27,004 nucleotides of DNA from a virus (lineage: Duplodnaviria; Caudoviricetes), in the IMG/VR virus record IMGVR_UViG_3300033485_000070, positions 1 through 27,004 of that record. One strand, given 5' to 3'. This document shows, one piece after another, positions 14,919 to 23,964 of the stretch (position 1 is its first letter; every line of letters begins with the position of its first letter). The position numbers and the translations under genes are program-made. Under the pieces are notes generated by a model. It did not search any database and had not been told where the DNA came from. It saw only the letters and a program-made list of their open reading frames with translations.

Positions 14919-15413
14919 ATGTCCGAGGCTGTTCGTCACGACCCCAAAGTCCGCCGCTCGCTGCACGGCTTCTCCGATCTGGCGTACCTGAAGAACCAGG
15001 ACCCGGACAAGCACTACTGCATCGTCTCCAAGCTGGATCGCCACGCGATCGCTCTGTACGAGTCGATGGGGTACGAGTTCGAGAGCTACCGCGACAAGGG
15101 CGTCTGCCCGCGCGGCATCGCTCCGGACCAGCTCAAGAAACTGATCGCCAAGCACGAGACCATCGAGACGCTCGACGGCTACGTGATGAGCATCCCGCGG
15201 TCGGTGCTCGCGGAGCACGAGCGCGATGGCGCGGCCCGCATGAATCACATCGAGTCGCTGATGCAGCCCAAGGGCGGCGCGCTGCCCAAGGGGCTGATGA
15301 ATCCGCTCTCACAGGTGAGCCGGGAAAACCAGCGGTATTTCGAGCTGGAGCGCTTCGGGGCCAAAGAGGGCTCGGGACTCAATCACGGCGACGATAGTCG
15401 CGACAGCGTTTAG
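14919..15413 (+). CDS. hypothetical head-module protein
   Basis: GC3-rich ORF (MSEAVRHDPK...DPDKHYCIV...MGYEF) that begins the capsid operon. Confidence 0.75.
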   Translation: MSEAVRHDPKVRRSLHGFSDLAYLKNQDPDKHYCIVSKLDRHAIALYESMGYEFESYRDKGVCPRGIAPDQLKKLIAKHETIETLDGYVMSIPRSVLAEHERDGAARMNHIESLMQPKGGALPKGLMNPLSQVSRENQRYFELERFGAKEGSGLNHGDDSRDSV

Positions 15414-15424
15414 GGAGGCCTCAG

Positions 15425-16102
15425 ATGGCGGACAATCTTCGTTCGTATGGTTTTCGCTGGAGCACGGCCCTGAGCGGCCGGCCGATGCCCAGCCCGTTCG
15501 AGGCCTTCGTGGCCACGGCGCAGTCGTTCGACGTGACCGGCGGCGCGAGCAACGTCGGCCTTGGCGCGGGTGACCCGATTTACCCGCTGGCCTCCGGCGG
15601 CGTGACGCTCTGCCCCGGCGCAGAGACGACCGCGCTCTCGCCGATGGGCGTCGTGGTCGGGGTGGCGCCGTACTGGAACGGCTCCGAGATGATCAACGGC
15701 AAGCTCCTGCCGAGCGACACGGCGTGGGGCACCAATCTCGAGCGCCAGTCCAAGGTGTTCTGGGTGCCGTTCGACGCGGGCGTCTGGGAGATCGACTGCG
15801 ACGACGCAGCGACCGCGACGACCAAGGCGGCCTACCAGCTGCTGGTGAACCTCAACGCGCCCTACCGCCTGAACGGCGGCATCGGCGGCGTGGCGAGCGA
15901 CCGTGCGTACCCGATGTTGGACATCAGCGCGGCGGCGACGACCAACACGTTCACCCTGCGCATCATGGCCATCTCGAAGACGGTCAAGAACCAGGATTTT
16001 TCGGGCAACTACGTGAAGCTGGCCGTACGCGCCAACCTCGCCGAGCTGCCGAGCTTCGCACTGGTCGGAGCGCCGACGCTCAACGCCACGACGGGCGTCT
16101 AA
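15425..16102 (+). CDS. putative capsid decoration/cement protein
   Basis: GGGAGG RBS, MADN..YGFR start, beta-rich, directly before the major capsid gene. Confidence 0.65.
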   Translation: MADNLRSYGFRWSTALSGRPMPSPFEAFVATAQSFDVTGGASNVGLGAGDPIYPLASGGVTLCPGAETTALSPMGVVVGVAPYWNGSEMINGKLLPSDTAWGTNLERQSKVFWVPFDAGVWEIDCDDAATATTKAAYQLLVNLNAPYRLNGGIGGVASDRAYPMLDISAAATTNTFTLRIMAISKTVKNQDFSGNYVKLAVRANLAELPSFALVGAPTLNATTGV

Positions 16103-16111
16103 GGAGGATTC

Positions 16112-17023
16112 ATGGCAGGCACGGTTTTCACGAGCGCATTGGCCCACACCCTCCGGCGCACGCTGGAGGGGTTGGACAAAGACGAGTACATGGCCTCGCA
16201 ACGGGTGTTCCCCAAGTGGTGCCCGGAAAAGAAGATGGAGCACGCCTACGAGGACATCCTCGAGATGGTCGGCCCCGGTCTCCTGAGCGAGAAGCCCGAA
16301 GGCACCGAGATCCCGCTGGGCACGCTCAGCGAGAGCTTCCTTCACCGCTTCCGGCCCACCACCTACGCGCTCAAGATCATCATCACCCAAGAGGCTGATG
16401 AGGATTGCAAGTACGCGGAGGCGGTCGACGCCGGAAAGTACCTGGTGATGGCTGCGTACAAGACGCAGGACTACACCTGCACGCTGATGCTCTCGCGCGG
16501 CTTCGACACCGCGTACCCGACCGGCGACGGTCTGCCGGTCTGGTCGACGGCGCACCTCCTGGCCGACGGCGGAACGTTCAGCAACTCGCTGGCGACGCCG
16601 ATGTCTCCGAGCCGCTTGGCGGTCACGACCGCCCGCACGATGGCGTCGCAGATGCCTGACCGCGACGGCACGGTGGGCATGGTCCGGCTCAAGAAGATCA
16701 TCTTCCCCGAGGCCCAGTGGGAGGCCTGGAACGTGGTCACCAAGAGCAAGTACGCGCCCGAGGCGGGCGAGTTCAACGCCATCAACGTGGTCGAGTCCGA
16801 GATGGATCTCACGCTGGTGCCGAACCGCTTCTGGCAGAACAGCTCGACCAACTACGCGTTCCTCACGGACGCGGAGGGCGGCTTCAAGTACCGCAACCGC
16901 CGGTCGATGAAGTCCAAGACCTGGGTCGACAACGACAACGACGTGATGAAGTACGGCGTGAGCCTGCGGTTCTCGGCCTCGCTGCCGAGCAACCCGCGCT
17001 CCACCATCGGCGTGAACGCGTAA
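16112..17023 (+). CDS. major capsid protein (HK97 fold, Mu gpT-like)
   Basis: AYEDILEMVGPGLLSEKPEG, YALKIIITQEADED and GDGLPVWSTAH motifs. TAAGGAGG RBS. Confidence 0.85.
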   Translation: MAGTVFTSALAHTLRRTLEGLDKDEYMASQRVFPKWCPEKKMEHAYEDILEMVGPGLLSEKPEGTEIPLGTLSESFLHRFRPTTYALKIIITQEADEDCKYAEAVDAGKYLVMAAYKTQDYTCTLMLSRGFDTAYPTGDGLPVWSTAHLLADGGTFSNSLATPMSPSRLAVTTARTMASQMPDRDGTVGMVRLKKIIFPEAQWEAWNVVTKSKYAPEAGEFNAINVVESEMDLTLVPNRFWQNSSTNYAFLTDAEGGFKYRNRRSMKSKTWVDNDNDVMKYGVSLRFSASLPSNPRSTIGVNA

Positions 17024-17032
17024 GGAGGACCT

Positions 17033-17959
17033 GTGCTTCCACACTTCCAGAATCTGGTCGGCGCGAGCTTCCCGCACGCGAACATGATGCCTCCGGGCTC
17101 TCGGGTGGTCGCGTTCGTCCGCTCCGGCGGCCCGCGAACGGGAGAAACGCTGCCGGCGTCGATGTTCCGCACCACGCTGAACGCGGGCCTCGCGCTCGCG
17201 ACGGCCGGCGCGGGCGACATCGTGATCGTGATGCCGGACCACGCGGAGAACATCTCGTCCGCGGACCAGATGTCGAACCTCGTGGCGGGCACGACCATCC
17301 TCGGCGCTGGCTTCGGCGCGCTCCGCCCGACGTTTACGTGGACGGCGACGGCCGCAACCTTCCTGTTCGACGTGGCGAACACGCGGCTCCTCAACTGCAT
17401 TCTGCGCATGGCGGGATCGCTGACCTCGACCACGGCGCTGACTGTGACGGCGCCGATTACGGTAACCGCGGCCGGCTGCGGCATCTACGGCTGCGACATC
17501 AATGTGGGCGTCGATGCGGACCAGCTGGCGACCATCGGCATCACTACGACCGCCGCGGGCGATGACTTCACCATCTCCAACTGCAACATCTGGGGCAACG
17601 CTGCCGCGGCGGTGACCACGGCGATCAGCTTGGTCGGCGCGGACCGCTTCAAGATGTACGACTGCCAGGTGATTGCGGAGACCTCGGCGGCGGCGGTGGG
17701 CGTCCTGCTCATGGCGGGCACGGCGAGCACGCTGGTCGACGTTCGGCGGTGCACCTTCCAGAACCTCAAGAGCGACTCGAGCGCGGCTGTTACCGGCCTT
17801 GCGGCGGACTCTGGCTCGTTCTTCCAGTGTGGCTTTGGCTACTACGGGAACGCGGGCCTCTCTGCCATCACGACCCCTGGCAACCTCCAGGTGTTCTTCG
17901 GCCAAACGGTCAACGAAGAGGGCGAGACCGGAGCGGCTTCGGCCACGGCGAGCGCGTAA
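17033..17959 (+). CDS. right-handed beta-helix virion protein
   Basis: TTLNAGLALATAGAGDIVIVMPDHAE cap motif and repeated xIxNC-type coils. AGGAGG RBS with GTG start. Confidence 0.7.
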   Translation: MLPHFQNLVGASFPHANMMPPGSRVVAFVRSGGPRTGETLPASMFRTTLNAGLALATAGAGDIVIVMPDHAENISSADQMSNLVAGTTILGAGFGALRPTFTWTATAATFLFDVANTRLLNCILRMAGSLTSTTALTVTAPITVTAAGCGIYGCDINVGVDADQLATIGITTTAAGDDFTISNCNIWGNAAAAVTTAISLVGADRFKMYDCQVIAETSAAAVGVLLMAGTASTLVDVRRCTFQNLKSDSSAAVTGLAADSGSFFQCGFGYYGNAGLSAITTPGNLQVFFGQTVNEEGETGAASATASA

Positions 17960-17971
17960 GGAAGGTGGCTC

Positions 17972-18919
17972 TTGCGGACCATCGGCACCCGGTGGCCCCG
18001 GAGCGCGCCTCTCTACGACCACCAAGCCTCCTGCGCATACTGTGGGGTGCCCTGGCGGCGCTCCCAGCTGCGTAAGGATCGCTCCGGCCTGCTCTCGTGT
18101 CCTGACGAGGGCGATGGTCTGACGGCGCTCGAGTGCGACCTCGAGGCCGCACGCAACGCGCGCGACGGGATCCCGAGGCCGCCGCCGCAGGATGGCGCGA
18201 ACGTGGATCGCTACCCGCCGCGCGAGATGTTCACGTACAACAACCCGCTGACGCGCTTCGGGGACGACCTGGTTGGCTGGTACCAGCCGCTGACGGGCTA
18301 CGTGACCACGGTGGGCACGGGCATTACGGCGATCGCCGATCGGAGCCGGCGTGGCAACCACCTCGCGGGCGGCATCCCCGGCTTCAACCTGTTCCGGCCG
18401 GTGCTCTCGGTTGACGCCGACCTGGGGATCCCGGTGGCGAGTCTTGGCGGCCTGCTGTCGCCGAGCGGCCTGCTCGGCGTGACGGCGACGACGCCGATCA
18501 GCGTGTTCATGACCGCCAAGGTGACGACGTACCCGTCGGCCGAGGTGGCGCTCGTCAATCTCGCGAGCAGCGGCGGCACGCAGAGCGCGCTGCGCATCGG
18601 CGGCCCCGGGACGCGCGCGCGCTACCAGACCATCGCGGCGGGGGGCGAGACGACCTCGAGCTACATCGCGAGCGATGTTGGCGTGTGGCACGTCTACGGG
18701 ATCGTCTGGACCGACGAGAACACCGTCCAGTTCACCGTGGACGGTGTGGTGCGGGACGAGCGCGCGGCGCCGACGCTGACCGAGCGCTCCACGTCCGCGG
18801 CCATGGATACCCTGGGGGCTTCCGGTTCCATGTCCGAATGGGCTATGGTTCAGGGGGAAATCACGGCCAACGACGCGGCGATTCAGTCGGGCTGGATGGC
18901 CCAGAATGCGGGTCTATGA
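17972..18919 (+). CDS. N-terminal Zn-ribbon-like domain fused to a LamG/ConA-like domain
   Basis: CAYCG...LRKDRSGLLSCPDE, then LVGWY, ADRSRRGNHL and WHVYGIVW...FTVDGV. TTG start. Confidence 0.6.
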   Translation: MRTIGTRWPRSAPLYDHQASCAYCGVPWRRSQLRKDRSGLLSCPDEGDGLTALECDLEAARNARDGIPRPPPQDGANVDRYPPREMFTYNNPLTRFGDDLVGWYQPLTGYVTTVGTGITAIADRSRRGNHLAGGIPGFNLFRPVLSVDADLGIPVASLGGLLSPSGLLGVTATTPISVFMTAKVTTYPSAEVALVNLASSGGTQSALRIGGPGTRARYQTIAAGGETTSSYIASDVGVWHVYGIVWTDENTVQFTVDGVVRDERAAPTLTERSTSAAMDTLGASGSMSEWAMVQGEITANDAAIQSGWMAQNAGL

Positions 18920-19620
18920 CCGTCTCCACCAGCGTAGGCAGGCAGTTCACCGTCGGCGAAATCGTCGCGATGGCATACAAGCGCGCGTCGCTGCTGCACC
19001 TGTCGCAGACGCCGGGCACCGCCGAGATGACCTACGGCCGAGACCAGCTCGAGCTGATCATCGACGACCTCGAGACCTACGGCGTGATGACGCGGGCGAT
19101 CGAGTTCGTCGAGGTGACTACCGTTGACGGGACCTCGGCCTACGACCTCCCCGAGGACATCGTGGACGTGCTCGACCCGGCGAAGTACATCGCCGCCGGC
19201 CAGACCGACCCGCCGAGCAGCGAGACGCGCGTGCAGCTGATCGGCTTCGTGCAGTGGCAGGAGATCTCCTCGCGCACCGCCGAGGGCGATCCGACGATGT
19301 TCTACATCCACAAGCAGACCGAGCCGTTCGAGGCGCGGCTGTGGCCGACGCCGGACGAGGCCGGGACGCTGCGGTTCATGGTCCAACGGAAGTTCGCGGA
19401 CGTGGACACCGACGCCGCGACGGTCGATCTTCCGGGCTACTGGACCGAGTACCTCGTGTGCCAGCTCGCCGCGCAGCTCGCCGAGAGCGCGACGCTGCCG
19501 GCCGAGAAGGTGGTCCGGCTGATGGGCACCGCCAAGAGTAAGCTGCTGATGGCGCGCGCCAAGAGCAACCAAGGTCTGCCGACGTTCTTCGCGGTGGACC
19601 ATCCTGTGAGGACCCGATGA
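18916..19620 (+). CDS. head-tail adaptor / tail tubular protein (P22 gp4-like with a beta insertion)
   Basis: EIVAMAYKR, YDLPED, GDPTMFY, LWPTPD and DLPGYWTEYLVCQLAAQLA pattern. ATGA coupling. Confidence 0.7.
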   Translation: MTVSTSVGRQFTVGEIVAMAYKRASLLHLSQTPGTAEMTYGRDQLELIIDDLETYGVMTRAIEFVEVTTVDGTSAYDLPEDIVDVLDPAKYIAAGQTDPPSSETRVQLIGFVQWQEISSRTAEGDPTMFYIHKQTEPFEARLWPTPDEAGTLRFMVQRKFADVDTDAATVDLPGYWTEYLVCQLAAQLAESATLPAEKVVRLMGTAKSKLLMARAKSNQGLPTFFAVDHPVRTR

Positions 19621-21269
19621 ACCTGGTGGATGCCCTGGCAGCAGGTGTGCGCGGCGCGGAGAACGGCTATGCCCGGCTGTTCGTGCGCGGCACGACGACG
19701 CGCGCGAGCTGGTACGAGGATTTCGAGGGGACGGCCGTCGACTCGTCTGGCGACAACGTTGATCTGGATGGAGACGGGCGAGCGATCGTCTATGTGAACC
19801 AGTACGTCACTGTCGAGGTCTACACGTCCGGCGGCGTGCAAGTGACAGAGTTCACCGTTGGCACGTCAACGCCTGACGTTGAGTATCAGGGCGCAGCGTT
19901 CACCGGGACGAACTACTCGAGCGCGGCGACGGGAGCCGGCTCGGGCTACGCGGTCACGCTGCACACCATCCTGGCCAGGGCTCTCACGTCGTTCGGCTCG
20001 ACCGACTGGAACGTGCTCGTGAACGGGGCCGCGACGAGTCTCCAGGTCGCCATCGGCGGCATGTCGGGGATCTTCTACAACGTCAAGAGCCCGGCCTATG
20101 GCGCGGTGGGTGACGGGGTCACGGACGACACGACGGCGATTCAGGCGGCGATCGACGCCGCCGAGACGGCGGGCGGGGGCATCGTGTTCCTGCCGGAGGG
20201 CAGCTACCTGGTCACGAGCGGCCTCACGCTGCCTTCCGAGGTGAGCCTCTGGGGCTCGGGCGGCGAGGCGAGTGTCGTGGGCTACTCGGCGACGACGGGC
20301 TCGGCGCTGACGGTCGAGAGCGGCGGCAGCGGGTTCCCCCCGCGCTCCATCCGCGGCATCGTCTTCCGATCGGCGCAGACCAACACCGACGGCTGCGTGT
20401 TCGTAGAGAATGGCGCGTATGCGCACTTCGCAGAGTGCACGATCCAGCAGCTTGGGACGCAGGGATCATGCCTCCAGCTCGAGGCGTCGAGCAGCACGCG
20501 GGTCATCGTCGACTCGTGCGTGTTCCTGGTCCTGACGACCTCGTCAGGCTCCATGATCACCTCCGCGAGCAACGCGAGGGTCGAGGCCCGGAACGCAGTG
20601 TTCACTGGACCGGCGACCTATAACCCGTCGACCGCGGTGGTGTATGGCAACTACCTCACGCTGACGGACTGCTTGTTCGACTTCTCGCTGACCACGTCGG
20701 GGACCGCGTCTTTGGTTCGGTTCAACGTGACGACCCTCCGCGGCTCGGTGAGCGGCTGTACGTTCTTGGCCGGCGGCGGCTCGACGCTCACCGCGATGGT
20801 GCTGGGGACCTACGCTGCGGACTCCATGTTCGCGGAGCAGGGCAACACCTTCGATGGTTCAGGACTTACGGCATACAGCTACGTCTTTGCTGCCGCGGCG
20901 ACCGGCTCGAAGGTGATGCTGCGCACGCGTGAGACTCGGCACATCGAGTACGCGAGCGACGCTTCTCCGCTGAGCATCGCGACGACGCAGTATGGCAGCA
21001 TCACCGTTCGGCGAAGCAGCAACGCGGCGCAGACGCTCACGCCCGACGCTGCTCCGCCCGAGGGCGCCACGGGGACCGTGTTTGTGTTCACGAGCGGAAC
21101 GCCCGGAGACATCACGCTGGGCTCGCCGTTCGCGGGGATCGTGGTGGCCGCTGCGGTGGCGACGGGCCTCGCGCTGAATGACGACATCTCGGTCGGCTAC
21201 CGATCGATGCTCGCGCGCGGCGGAAACGTGCGCTGCCAGATGATCGGCGTCTGGGAATACACGCACTGA
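19617..21269 (+). CDS. tailspike with pectate-lyase-3-like beta-helix
   Basis: NVKSPAYGAVGDGVTDDTTAIQAAIDAA..GGGIVFLPEGSYLV. Confidence 0.85.
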   Translation: MNLVDALAAGVRGAENGYARLFVRGTTTRASWYEDFEGTAVDSSGDNVDLDGDGRAIVYVNQYVTVEVYTSGGVQVTEFTVGTSTPDVEYQGAAFTGTNYSSAATGAGSGYAVTLHTILARALTSFGSTDWNVLVNGAATSLQVAIGGMSGIFYNVKSPAYGAVGDGVTDDTTAIQAAIDAAETAGGGIVFLPEGSYLVTSGLTLPSEVSLWGSGGEASVVGYSATTGSALTVESGGSGFPPRSIRGIVFRSAQTNTDGCVFVENGAYAHFAECTIQQLGTQGSCLQLEASSSTRVIVDSCVFLVLTTSSGSMITSASNARVEARNAVFTGPATYNPSTAVVYGNYLTLTDCLFDFSLTTSGTASLVRFNVTTLRGSVSGCTFLAGGGSTLTAMVLGTYAADSMFAEQGNTFDGSGLTAYSYVFAAAATGSKVMLRTRETRHIEYASDASPLSIATTQYGSITVRRSSNAAQTLTPDAAPPEGATGTVFVFTSGTPGDITLGSPFAGIVVAAAVATGLALNDDISVGYRSMLARGGNVRCQMIGVWEYTH

Positions 21270-21276
21270 GGTAACT

Positions 21277-22116
21277 ATGGCCTTCAAAGCTCTATTCCCC
21301 AACGGTCTCGGTGAAAGCTCGGCGGACAGCCTCGTCGTCAACGCGCCGTTCTACACGACCGGCAACGTCTGGTACGTGAACGCGACGACCGGAACCGACG
21401 CGGGAACGTCTGCTGGGCAGAACCGCATGAAGCCGCTTGCGACCATCGGGCAGGCGTACACCAACGCCGCGGATGGCGACGTGATCGTGCTGATGGATGG
21501 GCACACGCAGACGCTCACGGCCGCGCTGACCATTGCCAAGCGCGTGCTAATCGTCGGAGGCGGCGAGAGCGACGGCAAGCCGACCGTGAAGCTCACGCTC
21601 AACGCGGCGGCGGCGAGCCTGTTCAACGTTACCGCGGCCGGCGTCGAGATCCGCAACGTTTGGTTCGAGGAGAATGCGCAGACCAACGCGTCAGCTAAGG
21701 TCTTGGTCGCCGGAAACCGTTTCCGCATGAAGGGGTGCTACTTCCAGTGCGGCGCAACCGACACGGGTTCGGCCGTGAACATCGGCGCCGTGACGACGGC
21801 CGAGTTCGACTCGACAACGTTTGTTTCCACGGCGACGCTGACGAGCGCGCAGCCTCTCAGGGCCGTTCTCATGTCGGACGCTTCGGCGGTCGATGTCAGG
21901 TTTGACTCATGCGTGTTTGACGGCGGCACCGTTGGGTTTTCCGGCTACTGGGCCGTCAGTGCCGACTCCGTGGCTGTTACGGCACTGGTCTTTGAGAACT
22001 GCTCGCTTCTGCGCGGCGCGGACATTCTAGCGAACACCGGCGCGGTCGGGTGGGTCGGCGGCATTTCGACAACCGAGAGCGCTCTCGTCAACTGGAACGA
22101 GAACGGAGGAGAGTAA
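21277..22116 (+). CDS. right-handed beta-helix virion protein (paralog-like to 17033-17959)
   Basis: VWYVNATTGTD...PLATIGQAYTNAADGDVIVLMDGH. GAGGT RBS. Confidence 0.75.
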   Translation: MAFKALFPNGLGESSADSLVVNAPFYTTGNVWYVNATTGTDAGTSAGQNRMKPLATIGQAYTNAADGDVIVLMDGHTQTLTAALTIAKRVLIVGGGESDGKPTVKLTLNAAAASLFNVTAAGVEIRNVWFEENAQTNASAKVLVAGNRFRMKGCYFQCGATDTGSAVNIGAVTTAEFDSTTFVSTATLTSAQPLRAVLMSDASAVDVRFDSCVFDGGTVGFSGYWAVSADSVAVTALVFENCSLLRGADILANTGAVGWVGGISTTESALVNWNENGGE

Positions 22117-23531
22117 TGCCCAAGGAGCCGATCCCGTTCGTTCCGAACCAGGGCGCTGGCGCGGCCCTGGCCGGGGCGTCGCCGATCGCGATGAACGTCG
22201 TGCTCGACGCTGCTGGCGCGGTGCGGCGCAGGCCGTGCATCACGACGCATGCGGAGTGCCCGGCGACGGCGTTCGCGACCACCGCGATCAACGGGCTCTA
22301 TGTGACGGCGGCCAACGAGATCTTGGCGCTCTCGGAGGCTGATCCTTACGCCAAGGTCTACCGCCTCAAGGGCGGAGCCAGTATCAACCTGTCGCCGACG
22401 ACCGCGGCAAGCGTCACGGGCCAGCGCCGGCCTGTGTTCGCCGAGACTGAGGCCATCGTCGCGATCGCCGCGGGTGACCGAATCAGCAAGGTCGTGCTCG
22501 ATGGTTTCGCGGTGAGCGCTCTTGGCGGCGATCCCCCGAAGGCGACGCACGTCGTAGCGAACGCCTCGAGGCTGCTCGCGAACAACGTCGTGCCGGCGGA
22601 CAACCTCAACTTCATCTACTACTCGGCGTTCGCTGCGGGCACGAGCTACGCGGGCCACGAGGACTGGACCGGGTTTGAGTCTGGCACCATCTCGGCCGAC
22701 AGCAGGCCGGAGCCGGTGACGGCCCTGCACGAGAACATGTCGGAGGTCGTAGCCTTCGGTACCGGCAATCTCGAGACCTTCGCCCCCGATGGCACGCTCG
22801 ACTACGCGCGCTCGCTGGTCCAGGAGTATGGCTGCATCGCGCCGTACAGCGTCATCAAGGTGGGCAAGGGCTTCGCCTGGATGGACAACAACCGCCGGCT
22901 CGTAGTGAGCGACGGCCGTTCGACGCAGATCCTCTCGAGCCCGATCCAGCAGACGCTCGACGACATGACCGAGGTCACCGACGCCTTTGGCTACCGGGTG
23001 CAGCTCGGCGCGGTGGACGCGATGGTCTGGACGTTCCCGGCGGACGGCCGGACGTTCGTGTTCGGCGGCGGCGGGTGGTCGCAGTGGGCGTCGAGCGACG
23101 CCGGGACCCCGGCGCCGATGCCGATCACCGCGCATGCGCTACGCCTGGGAACTAACCTCGTCGGCACCAGCTCCGGCAGGGTGGGCCGGCTCTCGGCGGC
23201 GGCGACCGACGACCTCGGCGAGGCGGTGCCTTGCTACATCGAGACCGGATTCGTCGACCGCGGCAGCTCGAGCAACAAGCAATGCCGCTCAGTGTCGCTG
23301 ACGCTCAAGCGGGGATCGGCTGACGAGGGCGAGGTCCAGGTGAGCTGGCGCGACGACGACGGGCCATGGCGCCAACCCCTTCACGTGCCGCTGGGTCCCG
23401 ATCGTGAGACCGTGGCGCTCCTGCGGTCACTCGGGACGTATCGCACCAGGCAGTGGCGGCTCAGCTTCTCTGGAAGTGAGGCGCTGACCATGGTATCAGT
23501 GGTTGAGGACTATGAGGTCCTAGGAGCGTAG
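22116..23531 (+). CDS. tail hub / DNA stabilization protein (P22 gp10-like)
   Basis: ADSRPEPV, FGTGNLETF, GCIAPYSV and RSLGTYRTRQWRLSFS motifs. TAATG coupling. Confidence 0.8.
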   Translation: MPKEPIPFVPNQGAGAALAGASPIAMNVVLDAAGAVRRRPCITTHAECPATAFATTAINGLYVTAANEILALSEADPYAKVYRLKGGASINLSPTTAASVTGQRRPVFAETEAIVAIAAGDRISKVVLDGFAVSALGGDPPKATHVVANASRLLANNVVPADNLNFIYYSAFAAGTSYAGHEDWTGFESGTISADSRPEPVTALHENMSEVVAFGTGNLETFAPDGTLDYARSLVQEYGCIAPYSVIKVGKGFAWMDNNRRLVVSDGRSTQILSSPIQQTLDDMTEVTDAFGYRVQLGAVDAMVWTFPADGRTFVFGGGGWSQWASSDAGTPAPMPITAHALRLGTNLVGTSSGRVGRLSAAATDDLGEAVPCYIETGFVDRGSSSNKQCRSVSLTLKRGSADEGEVQVSWRDDDGPWRQPLHVPLGPDRETVALLRSLGTYRTRQWRLSFSGSEALTMVSVVEDYEVLGA

Positions 23532-23534
23532 CAC

Positions 23535-23960
23535 ATGGGCATGTTCGATTTCCTAGGAGACCTCGGCGGCGGCTTCACTGATGGGCTGTCAAAGGTTCCG
23601 TTCATTGGCGGCATGTTCGAGTCGGACGCCGAGAAGCAGGCCCAGGCCCGGTTCGGCGCCGTGGCGGACCGCTACCGGCAGCTCAAGCCCGAGGTCGCGC
23701 AGAGCTATAACAACGCGATGAACCAGCAGCTGGGAGCGTTCCAGCCTGCCAACGCGATGCTCGGCAATATGGCCGGCGGCGACCCGAGCATGATGATCAA
23801 CATGCAGGCGCTCGGCCAGCAGCCGGCGACTCCGGGGATGGTTGCCGGGGCGCCGTCCACGGATATTCAGGGGGCGAGCGACACGTTTATGGGCGGGTTT
23901 GTGGAGCAGCCGTTTGCTGGCCCGTTCGGCCCGCTCGAGCACCTCGGAAAGCAGTTCTAG
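23535..23960 (+). CDS. putative ejection/internal virion protein
   Basis: Gly/Met/Gln-rich, MGMFDFLG start, AGGAG RBS, follows the tail hub. Confidence 0.6.
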   Translation: MGMFDFLGDLGGGFTDGLSKVPFIGGMFESDAEKQAQARFGAVADRYRQLKPEVAQSYNNAMNQQLGAFQPANAMLGNMAGGDPSMMINMQALGQQPATPGMVAGAPSTDIQGASDTFMGGFVEQPFAGPFGPLEHLGKQF

Positions 23961-23964
23961 GTCA

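Noticed and set aside
15410-18691. 1093-aa minus-strand ORF
   Set aside because: Antisense shadow of four same-frame GC3-rich genes; R/H/G/V-rich with no motifs.
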